In this document: positions 33,745-42,215 of the stretch, in pieces
Position numbering within the stretch: position 1 is the stretch's first letter
Layout of the letters: each line of letters begins with the position of its first letter
Assembly (NCBI GenBank): GCA_026645815.1
Contig: JAPKMR010000012.1
Location: 26,728 to 90,727, forward strand
Reading direction: 5' to 3'
DNA: 64,000 nucleotides
DNA from: Anaerolineae bacterium
GTDB lineage: Bacteria > Chloroflexota > Anaerolineae > B4-G1 > SLSP01
Position numbers and translations under genes: made by a program
Notes under the pieces: model-generated
The model's database searches: none
The model's input: only the letters and a program-made list of their open reading frames with translations
What the model was told of the DNA's origin: nothing

Positions 33745-35160
33745 GAAGTGGAACTGGAATTTGAAGAACGCAAGGGTGAAGTTACTGAGACTGAACCCCT
33801 CACTATGGAGAATTTGGAAGAAGGCGCCCTAGGCTTTGACGAGCCTCGTCGCGGTCAACTGCGTGAAGGCATCATCATGCAACGGCGTGAGGATGGGCTG
33901 GTAGTTGATATCGGCACGAAGCGTGATGGTATTGTGCCAACCGCTGACCTGGCTTATCTGACCGACGCAGCAGTTTTAGAAATCGGACAGACCGTCCCTG
34001 TCATCGTGGTGCTACCTCGCAACAACGATGGCAATGTAGAGCTCTCGATTTCGCAAGCCAAACAGCAAGAAGACTGGCTCAAAGCCGAGCAAATGAAGAA
34101 TGATGAAACCGTCTGCGAAGCTACGGTTCTGGAATCTAATCGTGGCGGGCTGACAGTTGAATTCGGGCGTCTGCGTGGTTTTGTCCCCATGTCCCAGCTC
34201 ATTGGCTTTGGGCGGATTCGACAAGCCTCCGAACGTTATCGCCGCCTGGGCGCACTGGTCGGCAAGAAGATGTTGCTCAAAGTCATTGAAGTCAATCGTG
34301 GTCGCCGTCGCCTGATTCTCTCCCAACAAGCTGCCGCCAAAGAATGGCGAACCGAGCGTCGCCGGCAATTGCTAGACGAGCTCGAGGCAGATCAGGTGCG
34401 GAGCGGACGATTGAGTCAGATTACCAACTTCGGCCTCTTCGTCAACCTGGGTGGTTTGGATGGGCTGGTGCATGTTTCCGAGCTCTCTTGGGGACGCATC
34501 GAGAATCCGGCGGATGTTTATCGCGTCGGGCAGCGGGTTAAGGTCAAGGTTTTGAGCGTAGATCGCGAACGTCAGCGCATCGCGCTCAGCATCAAAGCCC
34601 TCATTCCAGACCCCTGGGAAACCGCGGAAGAACGTTATGCAGTCGGGCAACTCGCCGAGGGCAAAGTCAGCCAGATGGCCGATTTCGGCATTTTCGTTGA
34701 GCTGGAACCAGGTGTCGAGGGCTTACTGCACAATTCCGAATTGCTCGCCCCAGAACAGCGGGAAGAACTCACCATTGGCACTGAGGTGCTAGTGAAAGTT
34801 ATCCGAATCGAACCAGACCGCCGCCGGATCGGATTGAGCGCGCGCCAGGTACGTCGCGAAGAGTGGGAGCAATGGTACGCCGAGGCTGCAGCTCGGGCAG
34901 CAGCCAAAGAGCAAGCCCAACAGAGAATGGCAGAGATTGCCGGTGCCGAGGACCTCGACGAAGAAGATGATTTCCTTGTCGAAGGTGAGAGCCTTGAAAG
35001 TATCAAGGAAATTAGCAGCGATACCGCAGAGGTCATCGAGGATACCATCGAGGATACTGCAGAGGTCGCAGAGGATACTGCAGAGGTCATCGAGGATACC
35101 ATCGAGGATTCGGCAGAAGACATCGTTGAAGAAGGCGCTGAAGATAGCACCGAAGCGTAA
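33745..35160 (+). CDS. rpsA: 30S ribosomal protein S1 with acidic repeat tail
   Basis: Four S1 domains (for example GRLSQITNFGLFVNLGGLDGLVHVSELS and GKVSQMADFGIFVELEPGVEGLLHNSEL). The start is uncertain. GTG at 33745 has GAGGAG 6 nt upstream. The tracked ORF begins at 33727, and an ATG lies at 33805. Confidence 0.8.
   Translation, partial: EVELEFEERKGEVTETEPLTMENLEEGALGFDEPRRGQLREGIIMQRREDGLVVDIGTKRDGIVPTADLAYLTDAAVLEIGQTVPVIVVLPRNNDGNVELSISQAKQQEDWLKAEQMKNDETVCEATVLESNRGGLTVEFGRLRGFVPMSQLIGFGRIRQASERYRRLGALVGKKMLLKVIEVNRGRRRLILSQQAAAKEWRTERRRQLLDELEADQVRSGRLSQITNFGLFVNLGGLDGLVHVSELSWGRIENPADVYRVGQRVKVKVLSVDRERQRIALSIKALIPDPWETAEERYAVGQLAEGKVSQMADFGIFVELEPGVEGLLHNSELLAPEQREELTIGTEVLVKVIRIEPDRRRIGLSARQVRREEWEQWYAEAAARAAAKEQAQQRMAEIAGAEDLDEEDDFLVEGESLESIKEISSDTAEVIEDTIEDTAEVAEDTAEVIEDTIEDSAEDIVEEGAEDSTEA
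35020..35125 (+). repeat. in-frame tandem/interleaved repeat encoding the acidic tail of S1
   Basis: gataccgcagaggtcatcgaggataccatcgag recurs almost exactly about 57 nt later. It encodes DTAEVIEDTIED twice with DTAEVAE in between. Confidence 0.8.
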
Positions 35161-35236
35161 GCTGCTGTGCTGCGAATCGCCATAGTTATTTAGTTCTAAG
35201 CGTAGAGTTTTTTGAGAGGAAGAAGAGGCTCACTGC

Positions 35237-35488
35237 ATGAGTGCCAAGGAAGATAAGATTGTTGTTGAAGGCATCATCGTCGAGGCATTGCCTGCGACGC
35301 AATTCAAGGTCAAACTGGATACCGGGCATGAGGTTTTGGCTTATCTCTCCGGTAAGATGAGAAAGTATTACATTCGTATTCTCCTTGGTGATCGTGTACG
35401 ATTGGAGCTTTCGCCGTATGATTTGACTCGAGGGCGTATCGTTTACCGGCACAAACGCCGTTCCGGAGACGAAGACGTCGAGGGATAA
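35237..35488 (+). CDS. infA: translation initiation factor IF-1
   Basis: [68 protein letters not shown] is canonical IF-1. Confidence 0.95.
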   Translation: MSAKEDKIVVEGIIVEALPATQFKVKLDTGHEVLAYLSGKMRKYYIRILLGDRVRLELSPYDLTRGRIVYRHKRRSGDEDVEG

Positions 35489-35501
35489 ATCCATTGTGAT
35501 T

Positions 35502-35539
35502 AAATCGGGGGGCTTGCGCATGCGCAAGCCCCCCGATTT
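35502..35539. terminator. bidirectional hairpin between convergent infA and prmA
   Basis: Perfect palindrome aaatcggggggcttgcgca/tgcgcaagccccccgattt. The flanking T tracts are short. Confidence 0.65.
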
Positions 35540-35563
35540 CTGAATAACGTCTTGATGCTACGT

Positions 35564-36463
35564 TCACACGGAACGCACGCGCCCGGCGACCAATACCACC
35601 CAATCGCTTATGTGACGGGCACTCAGCAGTTCCATGGCGTTCTGTTGCAGGGCAAGCACCACATCTGCCTGCTGCTCAACCAGAATCCCCGATGCGATCA
35701 GCTTGCCCTCAGGACGCAATCGCGCACCCAAGCCGAGCTGCGCCATCTCAACGATGACGGGCGCCAGGATATTTGCCAGAATCAGATCATACGTACCACT
35801 GACATCGCTCAGTGAACCGTGCAACAGTCGAATGCTGGCGCTGACGCCATTCATTCTCGCATTGCGCCGCGCCACGGCGATAGCGTTTGGGTCGTTGTCT
35901 ACGGCGAGAATTTCCAGAGGGGAGGCCAACTTCGCAGCTGCCAGGGCAAGGATGCCCGTTCCGGTCCCCAAATCTAAGATGCGCATACCCGGCTGAACCA
36001 GCGTCTCAAGAGTTTCAAGACATAATTGGGTTGTGGGATGTAGACCTGTACCAAAAGCCTGTCCTGGATCCAGCTCCAGGACAATCTCATCGGTCCGGGT
36101 AACATCAGGTTTAGGGGTATATTCACGCCAGGAAGGTTTGATGACGATGCGACGTCCAAGGTGGAGTACCGGCAAGGTTTCGCGCCATGAAGCTGTCCAA
36201 TCCTGGTCGGCGATAGAGGTGAAAGTGGGCTCCGGCATGGGCCAAATCTGACTCAGGTGCCAAAGCCCCTCTTCGACCTGGCGTTGGCGCTCGGCAAGTG
36301 TTTCATCACGGGCGAGATAGGCCCGCACCGTAACCTGCTCAGCGGCAGATGTGTTGTCACCCAGGTCAATGGCGACTCCCTGAGGCGCATAACGACTGAG
36401 CACCTCAGCGACTGCCTCGGCAGCTTCAGCCTCAACAGTAAGTTTAACTTCGAGCCACTCCAT
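35564..36463 (-). CDS. prmA: ribosomal protein L11 methyltransferase
   Basis: MEWLEVKL... N-terminus, SAM motif ILDLGTGTGILALAA, and its position downstream of dnaJ, as in Firmicutes. Start trimmed to 36463. Confidence 0.85.
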   Translation of the reverse strand: MEWLEVKLTVEAEAAEAVAEVLSRYAPQGVAIDLGDNTSAAEQVTVRAYLARDETLAERQRQVEEGLWHLSQIWPMPEPTFTSIADQDWTASWRETLPVLHLGRRIVIKPSWREYTPKPDVTRTDEIVLELDPGQAFGTGLHPTTQLCLETLETLVQPGMRILDLGTGTGILALAAAKLASPLEILAVDNDPNAIAVARRNARMNGVSASIRLLHGSLSDVSGTYDLILANILAPVIVEMAQLGLGARLRPEGKLIASGILVEQQADVVLALQQNAMELLSARHISDWVVLVAGRVRSV

Positions 36464-36537
36464 ATCAGTCCCCTCCAGCGGAATATGCCCGCCCACAAAC
36501 CGGCTTTTTCACAAAACCGCGTCCCCGCTGCAAGCTC

Positions 36538-37650
36538 TCACAACCCCAGCGCATCCTTGATGCGGTCCACAATCCCCTGCTTTTCCTCGACCACCACAGC
36601 AGTGCCGAGGCTTTCGGCAAGATTCTCAAAAAGGTGACGTTGCGACTCATTGATTTTAGTCGGAATGGCAACCTGCACGACGATGAGATGGTCACCACGC
36701 CCGTTGCCACGCAAGTGCGGAATACCCAATCCCCGCAGCCGTAGCACAGAGTTGGGCTGTGTCCCCGGCTGCAAGGTAATTTCCTGCGTCCCATCCAGGG
36801 TGGGCACGGGAACTGTTGCGCCCAATGTTGCCTGCGCCACATTGACCTTCAATTCAACGATGACATCGTTATCCCGGCGTTTGAAATAGGGATGCGGTTG
36901 CACACGCAAGCCCACGTATAAATCGCCCGGCGGGGCATTGTGCTCACCGGGTTCGCCGCCACCGGCAAGCCGAACACTGATTCCATCATCCACACCCGCA
37001 GGTACGCGGACCGGAATTCGACGCGCTTTGCGCACCCGCCCCGACCCGTGGCAGCTGTGACACGGGGTGCGGATAATCGTGCCGGAACCATTGCAGGTGG
37101 GACAAGGCGTGATATTGACGAAAGCACCGAGGAAGGTCTGCTGCGTGCGACGCACTTTGCCAGCGCCGTTACAATCGGTGCAACGTTCAGGACGTGTGCC
37201 CGGTTCTGCACCGGTACCATGGCAGGTATCACAGGCTTCCGCCCGCTGCACCTCAATGGTTTTCTCGACACCAAAAGCCGCTTCTTCAAAGGTGATATCC
37301 AAAGAGACCCGCAGGTCACGCCCCCGCGGGGCGCTCTGGCGTCCCTGGCCAAAACCAAATCCACCCAGGTTCCCAAAAACTTCCGCGAAAATATCAAAGG
37401 GGTCTCGGTAATCACCAAAGCCATTCCCGGTCGGTGAAACAGTGCCAAAGCGATCATACATCTGGCGTTTCTCCGGATCGGAGAGCACCTCATAAGCGCC
37501 ATTGATCTCTTTGAAGCGCTCTTCGGCATCGGCCTCGCTGCTCACATCGGGGTGAAATTTACGCGCCAGCTGCCGGTAAGCCTTCTTGATCTCTTCCGGG
37601 CTGGCGTCGCGAGAGACTCCCAAAACGCTATAATAGTCCTTGTCTGCCAT
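36538..37650 (-). CDS. dnaJ: molecular chaperone DnaJ
   Basis: J domain (DYYSVLGV...HPD), a G/F region, and four CxxCxGxG repeats (CDTCHGTG, CTDCNGAG, CPTCNGSG, CHSCHGSG). Confidence 0.95.
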   Translation of the reverse strand: MADKDYYSVLGVSRDASPEEIKKAYRQLARKFHPDVSSEADAEERFKEINGAYEVLSDPEKRQMYDRFGTVSPTGNGFGDYRDPFDIFAEVFGNLGGFGFGQGRQSAPRGRDLRVSLDITFEEAAFGVEKTIEVQRAEACDTCHGTGAEPGTRPERCTDCNGAGKVRRTQQTFLGAFVNITPCPTCNGSGTIIRTPCHSCHGSGRVRKARRIPVRVPAGVDDGISVRLAGGGEPGEHNAPPGDLYVGLRVQPHPYFKRRDNDVIVELKVNVAQATLGATVPVPTLDGTQEITLQPGTQPNSVLRLRGLGIPHLRGNGRGDHLIVVQVAIPTKINESQRHLFENLAESLGTAVVVEEKQGIVDRIKDALGL

Positions 37651-37689
37651 GAATACCTATCCTTTGTGGCACGCGATGGGGTTATGAGG

Positions 37690-38346
37690 TTATTCTTTCT
37701 CGGCAGACGCCGCCTCTGTAGGCGCCGCCTCTGTAGGCGCCGCCTCGGCAGGCGCCGCCTCTACAGGCGCTGCTTCTTCAAGCCCCTTAGCTACGACAAC
37801 TTGCGCCGGGCGCACAATGCGTTGCCCTAGCCGATAGCCGCGCTGCACCTCAGCAATGATTTGCCCTTCTTCATAACCCGGAAGCACCTGCTGCAAAATA
37901 GCCTGGTGGAAAAAGGGGTCGAAGAGGTCCCCTGGTTGGATCACGATAGGCTCGACACCCTCAAGAGTCAGGACGTGTCGCAATTTCTGTTCAATGAGGC
38001 GCACGCCATTAGCCCACGGTTCATCCCGCAATTTTTCAGGGAGATTGGTAAAAGCGCGCTCAAAGTCATCAAGAACGGGCAAGAGCCGTGCCAGGAGAAT
38101 GATGTTGGCATTCACCGTCCACTCAACGCGCTCTGCCTCCGTACGCTTGCGATAATTCTCGTGGGTCGCTTGCGCACGCTGCCAACCAGCCAAATTCTGG
38201 GCAGCTTGAGCCTCAGCGGCCTCAAGCGCAGCTCTAAGTTGCGCGATTTCATCCGGCAAGGATGTTGACGGCGCTGCTGCCGGTTCGATCACAGTTTCCT
38301 GATCCGCAGCAGCGTTTTCTGACGATTGCACTTCAAGTTCTTCCAT
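37690..38346 (-). CDS. grpE: nucleotide exchange factor GrpE with AAPxE repeat tail
   Basis: GrpE core (VLDDFERA, FDPFFHQA, GYRLGQRIVRPAQVVV). Start trimmed to the ATG at 38346 (MEELEV). Confidence 0.9.
   Translation of the reverse strand: MEELEVQSSENAAADQETVIEPAAAPSTSLPDEIAQLRAALEAAEAQAAQNLAGWQRAQATHENYRKRTEAERVEWTVNANIILLARLLPVLDDFERAFTNLPEKLRDEPWANGVRLIEQKLRHVLTLEGVEPIVIQPGDLFDPFFHQAILQQVLPGYEEGQIIAEVQRGYRLGQRIVRPAQVVVAKGLEEAAPVEAAPAEAAPTEAAPTEAASAEKE
37701..37775 (-). repeat. 15-bp tandem repeat (5 units) at the 3' end of grpE
   Basis: Plus-strand units cggcagacgccgcct / ctgtaggcgccgcct x2 / cggcaggcgccgcct / ctacaggcgctgctt. They encode (E/V)AAP(V/A/T)EAAP... at the GrpE C-terminus. 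Confidence 0.85.
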
Positions 38347-38458
38347 GAAACCCTTACTCCAAGAGAAGAATATGCCTCCCGGCGACCAAATCGCCAGCGA
38401 GGAAAATGCTGACAGGTCTGGCGCGATGCGACCAAGCCACGTCGCGCTAAACCTACAA

Positions 38459-39559
38459 TTAAACCTGCTCCTCAAAATCGCCCGGGAAATGCGGAGCGGT
38501 CAAATCGCGCTCCCCCGGGCTAAAAGTCGCATAGGTGAGCTCGCTAAGCACATCCGAGACAAATCGCAGCACGGATATAGCGCGCCCATAAGCCATTCGC
38601 ACCGGTCCCACGACGCCGAGGGCGCCGGTTGCATAATTAGCCACACCATAGCGGGTCAGGATAACGCTGCAAGCGCGCAACGAATCCCAACGCCCCTCGC
38701 CTCCAATAAGGATACGCATACCACCGATGCCGAGCGCCGGGCTTAAGGCATCAGCGATGACTGCCTGCAACAGGTTCTGCTCCTCCAGGACCTGAATCAA
38801 GCCCTGCGAACGCTCTTCACCTTCGGCAAATTCCGGTTCCTGCAACAGCTGCGAAAGCCCATGGCGATAAACCGCCTCGGAGGGCAATTCTTTCGCTTCC
38901 ACCATCAAACCCAGCACAAGTTGAGCGAAATCCCGCTCCAAGGACGCCAATTCTGCGAGACGATGATGAATAGCCCCTGCATTCAGCCCGCTGAATAATT
39001 GGTTCAGCCGGTCCGCAATATCGCTGAGCGTGTTCTGAGGCAAGTATTCTGGCAAAACCAACGCTTGCTGCCGCACGGCGCCGCCCTCAAGTACCAGGAC
39101 CAGAAGCACAGCCCGCCCATGGGTGCTCAGAAGCTCGATGTGCCGGAAACTCGCAGTCACTGCCAGTGGCGGGGTCACCAACGCCGCGCTACGTGTGGCG
39201 CTAGCCAATACCGAAGCCGCTAATGGCAACCATTCATCTACATGGTCCCGCGCCTGATAGAACTGGTGAGCGATGCGACGCTGCTCCGCCAAGGGCAGCG
39301 TCTGCTCCTCCATCAAGCGTTCGACAAAATAGCGAAAGCCAGTCTCTGTGGGCACTCGTCCGGCAGAGGTGTGGGGTTGTGAAAGGTAGCCGAGTTCTTC
39401 CAGACGCGCCATTTCATTGCGCACAGTCGCCGGACTGACATCAAGGTTATAGTAATCCACCAATAGCCGTGAGGCTACAGGCGCAGCAGTGCGGATATGT
39501 TCTTTGACAATATATCCAAGCAACTGCGCTTGCCTGTGCGTAAGTTCCGGCGTTTCCAT
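38459..39559 (-). CDS. hrcA: heat-inducible transcription repressor HrcA
   Basis: N-terminal winged helix (LTHRQAQLLGYIVKEHIRTAAPVASRLL...SPATVRNEMARLEELGYL). A CIRCE element lies directly upstream. Confidence 0.9.
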   Translation of the reverse strand: METPELTHRQAQLLGYIVKEHIRTAAPVASRLLVDYYNLDVSPATVRNEMARLEELGYLSQPHTSAGRVPTETGFRYFVERLMEEQTLPLAEQRRIAHQFYQARDHVDEWLPLAASVLASATRSAALVTPPLAVTASFRHIELLSTHGRAVLLVLVLEGGAVRQQALVLPEYLPQNTLSDIADRLNQLFSGLNAGAIHHRLAELASLERDFAQLVLGLMVEAKELPSEAVYRHGLSQLLQEPEFAEGEERSQGLIQVLEEQNLLQAVIADALSPALGIGGMRILIGGEGRWDSLRACSVILTRYGVANYATGALGVVGPVRMAYGRAISVLRFVSDVLSELTYATFSPGERDLTAPHFPGDFEEQV

Positions 39560-39598
39560 ACGAAATTCCTCTGAATCTGTACAGCAAGATGGACTACG

Positions 39599-39625
39599 TT
39601 AGCACTCCAAGCAAAAGAGTGCTAA
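39599..39625. promoter_or_regulatory. CIRCE operator (HrcA binding site)
   Basis: TTAGCACTC-N9-GAGTGCTAA, an exact match to the CIRCE consensus inverted repeat, 40 nt upstream of the hrcA ATG. Confidence 0.95.
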
Positions 39626-39633
39626 ACATCATT

Positions 39634-39661
39634 ATCATACCACGAAGAGACCGCCTGTCAA
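39634..39661 (-). promoter_or_regulatory. sigma-70-type promoter of the hrcA operon
   Basis: Minus strand reads TTGACA, a 16-nt spacer, then TATGAT, immediately followed by CIRCE. Confidence 0.75.
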
Positions 39662-39676
39662 TGAAAACAGGGTATG

Positions 39677-39852
39677 GATGCGTTTCATGCTGAGGCGGCA
39701 ATCTCAAACGCCCCTATAAGGCGCGCCCTGTAGGGGCATGTTAGAAAGGTGATTTTTTGCGGCGTGGCTGCGCCACGCCGCAAAAAATCACTCGAAGAAA
39801 AGGTATTTACATGATAGTCGTCTTATTTCTGCCGGGGGCGGTCGCTTCAGGC
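39677..39852 (+). repeat. repeat family B, copy B3
   Basis: Left terminus gatgcgtttca. Central hairpin ttttttgcggcgtgg-ctgc-gccacgccgcaaaaaa. The right terminus is degenerate. Carries a 14-nt insertion relative to B1. Confidence 0.75.
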
Positions 39853-39861
39853 TTAAAATGG

Positions 39862-39889
39862 TTGCGGGCTAGTTTGTCCGTGTTACAAT
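39862..39889 (+). promoter_or_regulatory. candidate promoter of pcrA (near-leaderless transcript)
   Basis: TTGCGG, a 16-nt spacer, then TACAAT. The -10 box ends 9 nt before the ATG at 39899, and no SD is visible. Confidence 0.4.
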
Positions 39890-39898
39890 AGCGCCATT

Positions 39899-42094
39899 AT
39901 GGTAGATCAAACACATCCGCTACTACGCAACCTCAATACTCAGCAATGCGAGGCAGTCACCGTCTCAGATGGTCCGGTATTGGTGCTGGCGGGACCTGGC
40001 TCCGGCAAGACACGCGTGCTCACGCATCGCATCGCCTGGATGCTGAGCGAGCTGCAAACGCCCGCGTGGCAGATACTCGCCGTTACCTTCACCAACAAAG
40101 CCGCCCGGCAAATGCGGGAACGCCTGACCACCATGGTCGGGCGGGAAACCGCTTTAGATATGTCGGTCGGGACCTTTCACGCCACTTGCGCGCGCATTCT
40201 ACGGCGAGAGGCCGAACACACCCGATTCTCACGCGACTATCTGATTTTAGATGCCGATGATCAACTCGCCCTGATGAAACTTGTGGTAAAAGAGCTAGGC
40301 CTTGACGACAAGAAATACCGCCCCGCTGCGCTGCTCAACGCCGTGTCCCATGCAAAAAACGAATTGCTTACGCCTGAGCAGTACCCCATCCGCACTTATC
40401 ATGACGAGATTGTGGCGCGCGCTTTCACACGCTACCAGGCCTCACTGCGCAACAGCAACGCTCTCGATTTCGATGATCTGCTGGTAGAACCTGTGCGTCT
40501 GTTCCAGACAGACGCAGAGTTGCTTGAGAAATACCGGCGGCGCTTCCGCTATATCCTGGTAGACGAATTTCAGGATACCAATCTGGCGCAATATGTACTT
40601 TTGCGCTTGCTCACCGAGGAACATCGAAGCCTCTATGCGGTAGCAGACGAAGACCAATCCATCTATTCCTGGCGCGGGGCTGATTACCGCAACATTCGCC
40701 GGTTGCGACAGGATTATCCAGAATTGACGCAGATTTTGCTGACCGAGAATTACCGTTCCACGGAGGTGATTCTGGAGGCTGCCCAAGCCGTGATCACGCG
40801 CAACCCCGACCGCACACCCAAGCAGCTCTTTACGAAGAAGAAGGGGGGCGCCACCATCACCCTGCGGGAAGCCTATGATGAGCAAGAAGAAGCTGCGTTT
40901 GTCGCGCGAGAAATCCAAAACCTCCAACGCGCCGGAAAAGCGCTGAACGAGATTGCGGTCATGTACCGCACGAATGCACAATCCCGCGCCCTGGAGGAGA
41001 CCTTTATCCGCGAGAAACTGCCCTACCGGCTCATCGGCGGTGTGCGGTTTTACGCACGGAAGGAAATCAAAGACGTGCTGGCGTATCTGCGTCTGGCTCA
41101 AAACAATAGTGATAACATCAGTTTCCAGCGAGTGGTCAATGTGCCGGCACGAGGGATCGGCACGCGAACGCTGGCAACCATTGTAGAACGTGCCACGCAG
41201 GCGAACTGCAGCACCTATCAAGCCGCACAGCAATTACTACAGGAGCGAGCACTGGGCAGTCGCGCTGAACGCCCCGTGCAGTTCTTTCTCTCACTCGTAG
41301 CCGGTTGGCAGGAAGCGCGTGAGAACATGACGGTGGTTGCTCTACTGGATCGCATTTTGGGAGAGGTTGATTACCAATCCTTCCTGAGGGATGGTTCTGA
41401 AGAAGGCGAATCCCGTTGGGAAAACGTATTGGCATTGCGCGCCGTGACCGCAGAGAAACCGGACCTCACACTCATTGATTTCCTCACCGAGGTGGCTCTG
41501 GTGGCAGATGTGGACGATATTGATGAGCAGGTGCGCGCCGTGACGCTGCTCACCCTGCACAGCGCCAAAGGCCTGGAATATCCCATCGTTTTTATCACAG
41601 GGTTGGAAGAAGGATTACTTCCCCATAGCCGGTCCATCGAAGATTCACCAGAAGCGGTTGCGGAAGAACGCCGCCTCTTCTACGTGGGTATTACCCGCGC
41701 CGAAGAGCGACTCTACTTAAGCTATGCCTTCCGGCGTGGTTGGTATGGGAATTCGGACCCCACAGGGCCCTCGCGCTTTTTGGGTGATCTCCCAAACACA
41801 GGACTGGCTAATCCCAAACCACGTACCGGCGCTCGCTCACAGGGCTGGGAAGCATCAGGCTGGAAGACGGTTGGCACCCAAGCCCCCCCGGCACGACGTG
41901 AGCGTGCCGCCATCCAACCCCGTTTCCGCCGGGGGCAACGCGTCCACCATCGCCGTTTTGGCGATGGTTCAGTGCAGGAAAGCGTGATTGAAGGTAATGA
42001 AGAGATCGTCACGGTATTGTTCTTTGATAACCGCGTCGGCGTGAAGCAATTCCTTGCCAGCATGGCGCCGCTTGAGCCGGTAGCTGAACATTGA
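39899..42094 (+). CDS. pcrA: ATP-dependent DNA helicase PcrA/UvrD
   Basis: SF1 helicase motifs: AGPGSGKTRVLTHR, VTFTNKAA, LVDEFQDTN, YRS, VMYRTNAQSR, LLTLHSAKGLEYP, and LFYVGITRA. Confidence 0.9.
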   Translation: MVDQTHPLLRNLNTQQCEAVTVSDGPVLVLAGPGSGKTRVLTHRIAWMLSELQTPAWQILAVTFTNKAARQMRERLTTMVGRETALDMSVGTFHATCARILRREAEHTRFSRDYLILDADDQLALMKLVVKELGLDDKKYRPAALLNAVSHAKNELLTPEQYPIRTYHDEIVARAFTRYQASLRNSNALDFDDLLVEPVRLFQTDAELLEKYRRRFRYILVDEFQDTNLAQYVLLRLLTEEHRSLYAVADEDQSIYSWRGADYRNIRRLRQDYPELTQILLTENYRSTEVILEAAQAVITRNPDRTPKQLFTKKKGGATITLREAYDEQEEAAFVAREIQNLQRAGKALNEIAVMYRTNAQSRALEETFIREKLPYRLIGGVRFYARKEIKDVLAYLRLAQNNSDNISFQRVVNVPARGIGTRTLATIVERATQANCSTYQAAQQLLQERALGSRAERPVQFFLSLVAGWQEARENMTVVALLDRILGEVDYQSFLRDGSEEGESRWENVLALRAVTAEKPDLTLIDFLTEVALVADVDDIDEQVRAVTLLTLHSAKGLEYPIVFITGLEEGLLPHSRSIEDSPEAVAEERRLFYVGITRAEERLYLSYAFRRGWYGNSDPTGPSRFLGDLPNTGLANPKPRTGARSQGWEASGWKTVGTQAPPARRERAAIQPRFRRGQRVHHRRFGDGSVQESVIEGNEEIVTVLFFDNRVGVKQFLASMAPLEPVAEH

Positions 42095-42215
42095 GAACGT
42101 TTCTTTGCCATATTGCATTTCTACAATAAGCATGTATGCTTTAATCAATCGCCAAGAATGCCTTACACAACCTATACAGATCATGATGATCTATGAGGCA
42201 TAAGGGAGGCTGGAG

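Noticed and set aside
37701-37775. Possible CRISPR-like or minisatellite array.
   Set aside because: The units are 15 bp, directly abutting with no spacers, in frame inside grpE. No repeat-spacer architecture was seen anywhere in the window.
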